Source: Miltoncostaeaceae bacterium (GTDB lineage: Bacteria > Actinomycetota > Thermoleophilia > Miltoncostaeales > Miltoncostaeaceae). Taken from it: a stretch of 34,274 bases of DNA. Below are positions 33,272-34,274 of this stretch, piece by piece (position 1 is the stretch's first letter; each line of letters opens with the position of its first letter). The notes beneath the pieces were generated by a model, which saw only the letters and a list, made by a program, of their open reading frames with translations, made no database searches and was not told where the DNA came from. The position numbers and the translations under genes are program-made. The stretch covers positions 1 to 34,274 of the forward strand of contig DATFWK010000097.1 of the NCBI GenBank assembly GCA_035259345.1, read 5' to 3'.

Positions 33272-34135
33272 GTGGTCTCGGGCGAGCCGGCGCCGCTGCT
33301 GGCGTGCGACGCGCCCGGCATCCTCTACAGGGCCTTCTACTCCGTCCCGGACTCGGTGACCGACGAGGAGGGCGCGCCGGTGAACGCGCTCCTCGGATCG
33401 GTCAACCAGGTGCTCTGGTGCGTCGAGCGCTACTCGCCGCGCGCGGTCATCCTCTGCTTCGGCGCCGAGGCCGCCGCCTACCGCACGGCGGCCTATCCCC
33501 CCTACCACGCCACCCGCCCGCCGATGCCGGATGCGCTCGCGGCGCAGTGGGCGAAGGCGCCCGCGCTCTACGGGGCGCTCGGCTGGTGGGTCGCGAGCGA
33601 CGAGGAGCTCGAGGCCGACGACCTCATGGGCACGCTCGCCCAGATCGAGACCGCCGCCGGCGGCGGCACGCTGATCCTCACGGCCGACCGGGACATGTTC
33701 CAGTGCGTCGGGGACGCGGTCACCGTGCTGCTGCAGCGCGCCCGCAGGGAGGGCCCCGAGGAGGTCGGTCCCGCGGGCGTCCGCGAGCGCTACGGCATCG
33801 ATCCCGCCCTGGTCCCGGACTTCATCGCGCTCAGGGGCGACCCCTCGGACGGCCTCCCCGGCGCGAAGGGCATCGGCGCCAAGACGGCGGCCGAGCTCCT
33901 TCGCCGGCACGGCGACCTCGACGGGGTCATCCGTGCCGCGCGGGACGAGCGGCCGGCCGTGCGCCAGGCGCTCTTCGGGCAGGCGGACGAGCTGCGGATG
34001 TTCCGGGACGTCGCGACGCTGCGGCGGGCCGGCATCGAGCGCCCGGACGACCGTCCCACCGATCGCGAGGGCGGCGCCGTCGCGGCCCGGGAGCTCGGCA
34101 TGGTGCGGCTCGCCGAGCGCCTCGCCGGCAACTGA
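33272..34135 (+). CDS. 5'-3' exonuclease / flap endonuclease (Pol I N-terminal domain homologue, stand-alone)
   Basis: DAPGILYRAFYS, VILCFGAEAAAYRTAAYPPYHATRP, EADDLMGTLA, LILTADRDMFQ, and the H3TH motif FIALRGDPSDGLPGAKGIGAKTAAELL. Confidence 0.88.
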   Translation: MVSGEPAPLLACDAPGILYRAFYSVPDSVTDEEGAPVNALLGSVNQVLWCVERYSPRAVILCFGAEAAAYRTAAYPPYHATRPPMPDALAAQWAKAPALYGALGWWVASDEELEADDLMGTLAQIETAAGGGTLILTADRDMFQCVGDAVTVLLQRARREGPEEVGPAGVRERYGIDPALVPDFIALRGDPSDGLPGAKGIGAKTAAELLRRHGDLDGVIRAARDERPAVRQALFGQADELRMFRDVATLRRAGIERPDDRPTDREGGAVAARELGMVRLAERLAGN

Positions 34136-34143
34136 GGGCCGGG

Positions 34144-34274
34144 CTACGTCAGCCAGATGGTCGCGAAGTATCCCGCGATCGCCGTGAAGAGCATCGCGTC
34201 GAACCGGTCGAGCACCCCGCCGTGGCCGGCCAGCACGCGCCCTGAGTCCTTCACGCCGACGGACCGCTTCAGGA
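34144..34274 (-). CDS. cdsA: Phosphatidate cytidylyltransferase (CdsA), C-terminal part; the gene runs off the right edge
   Basis: Reverse translation gives [42 protein letters not shown], containing the CdsA signature K..G.KD.G...PGHGG.LDR.D. Stop TAG at 34144-34146. Confidence 0.85.
   Translation of the reverse strand, partial: LKRSVGVKDSGRVLAGHGGVLDRFDAMLFTAIAGYFATIWLT

Noticed and set aside
1-34274. Search by eye for CRISPR arrays, IS/transposase or integrase genes, long direct or inverted terminal repeats, phage genes, toxin-antitoxin pairs and known defence genes
   Set aside because: None found. Every sizeable ORF is accounted for by housekeeping, metabolic or envelope functions. Apparent repeats are short GC-rich codon strings (GCC/GGC/CGC runs). 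The only AT-rich spots are short promoter-like patches (about 7608-7625 and 11258-11295), with no sign of a horizontally acquired island.

Overview
Very GC-rich (over 70% by eye), gene-dense chromosomal DNA with about 40 CDS and 1 tRNA. It looks like core Actinomycetota-type housekeeping sequence: MurT/GatD, an FHA / FtsR-like MerR / PgsA block, a SARP regulator, many GTG starts and many 4-nt GTGA/ATGA stop-start overlaps.

Layout:
- Left: gatD<-MTase<-murT, a divergent MBL hydrolase, a small membrane protein, YqgE, a primary-like sigma factor, DUF1059-sseA, a SARP regulator, and a metallophosphoesterase with a coupled membrane peptide.
- Middle: an SDR, a citrate synthase divergent from an HTH-citrate-synthase-like fusion, mgsA, then MFS / sORF / MBL / ALDH. 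These are followed by a DUF998-like gene, an unknown 450-aa protein, an atypical 847-aa FtsH-like AAA+/M41 protease with a coupled partner, ferritin and small envelope proteins.
- Right: a long minus-strand array dxr-rseP-ispG-CDF-proS-tRNAPro(GGG)-pgsA-FHA-merR-apt. It is separated from cdsA by two plus-strand genes (a cNMP-binding protein and a 5'-3' exonuclease).

I see no CRISPR array, transposase, integrase, phage gene or recognisable defence gene. The many 100-1000 aa ORFs on opposite strands or frames are GC-driven shadow ORFs.

I do not see a clear-cut new system. The best candidates for follow-up are:
1. A SAM methyltransferase translationally wedged between murT and gatD.
2. The divergent four-TM FtsH-like protease and its overlapping partner gene.
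3. The HTH-citrate-synthase-like fusion facing a canonical citrate synthase.
4. A sigma-factor region 1.1 (and a YqgE N-terminus) encoded upstream of any canonical start codon.
5. An untracked 47-aa hydrophobic sORF with the best Shine-Dalgarno site in the window.

All functional calls rest on motif recognition by eye. No searches were run.
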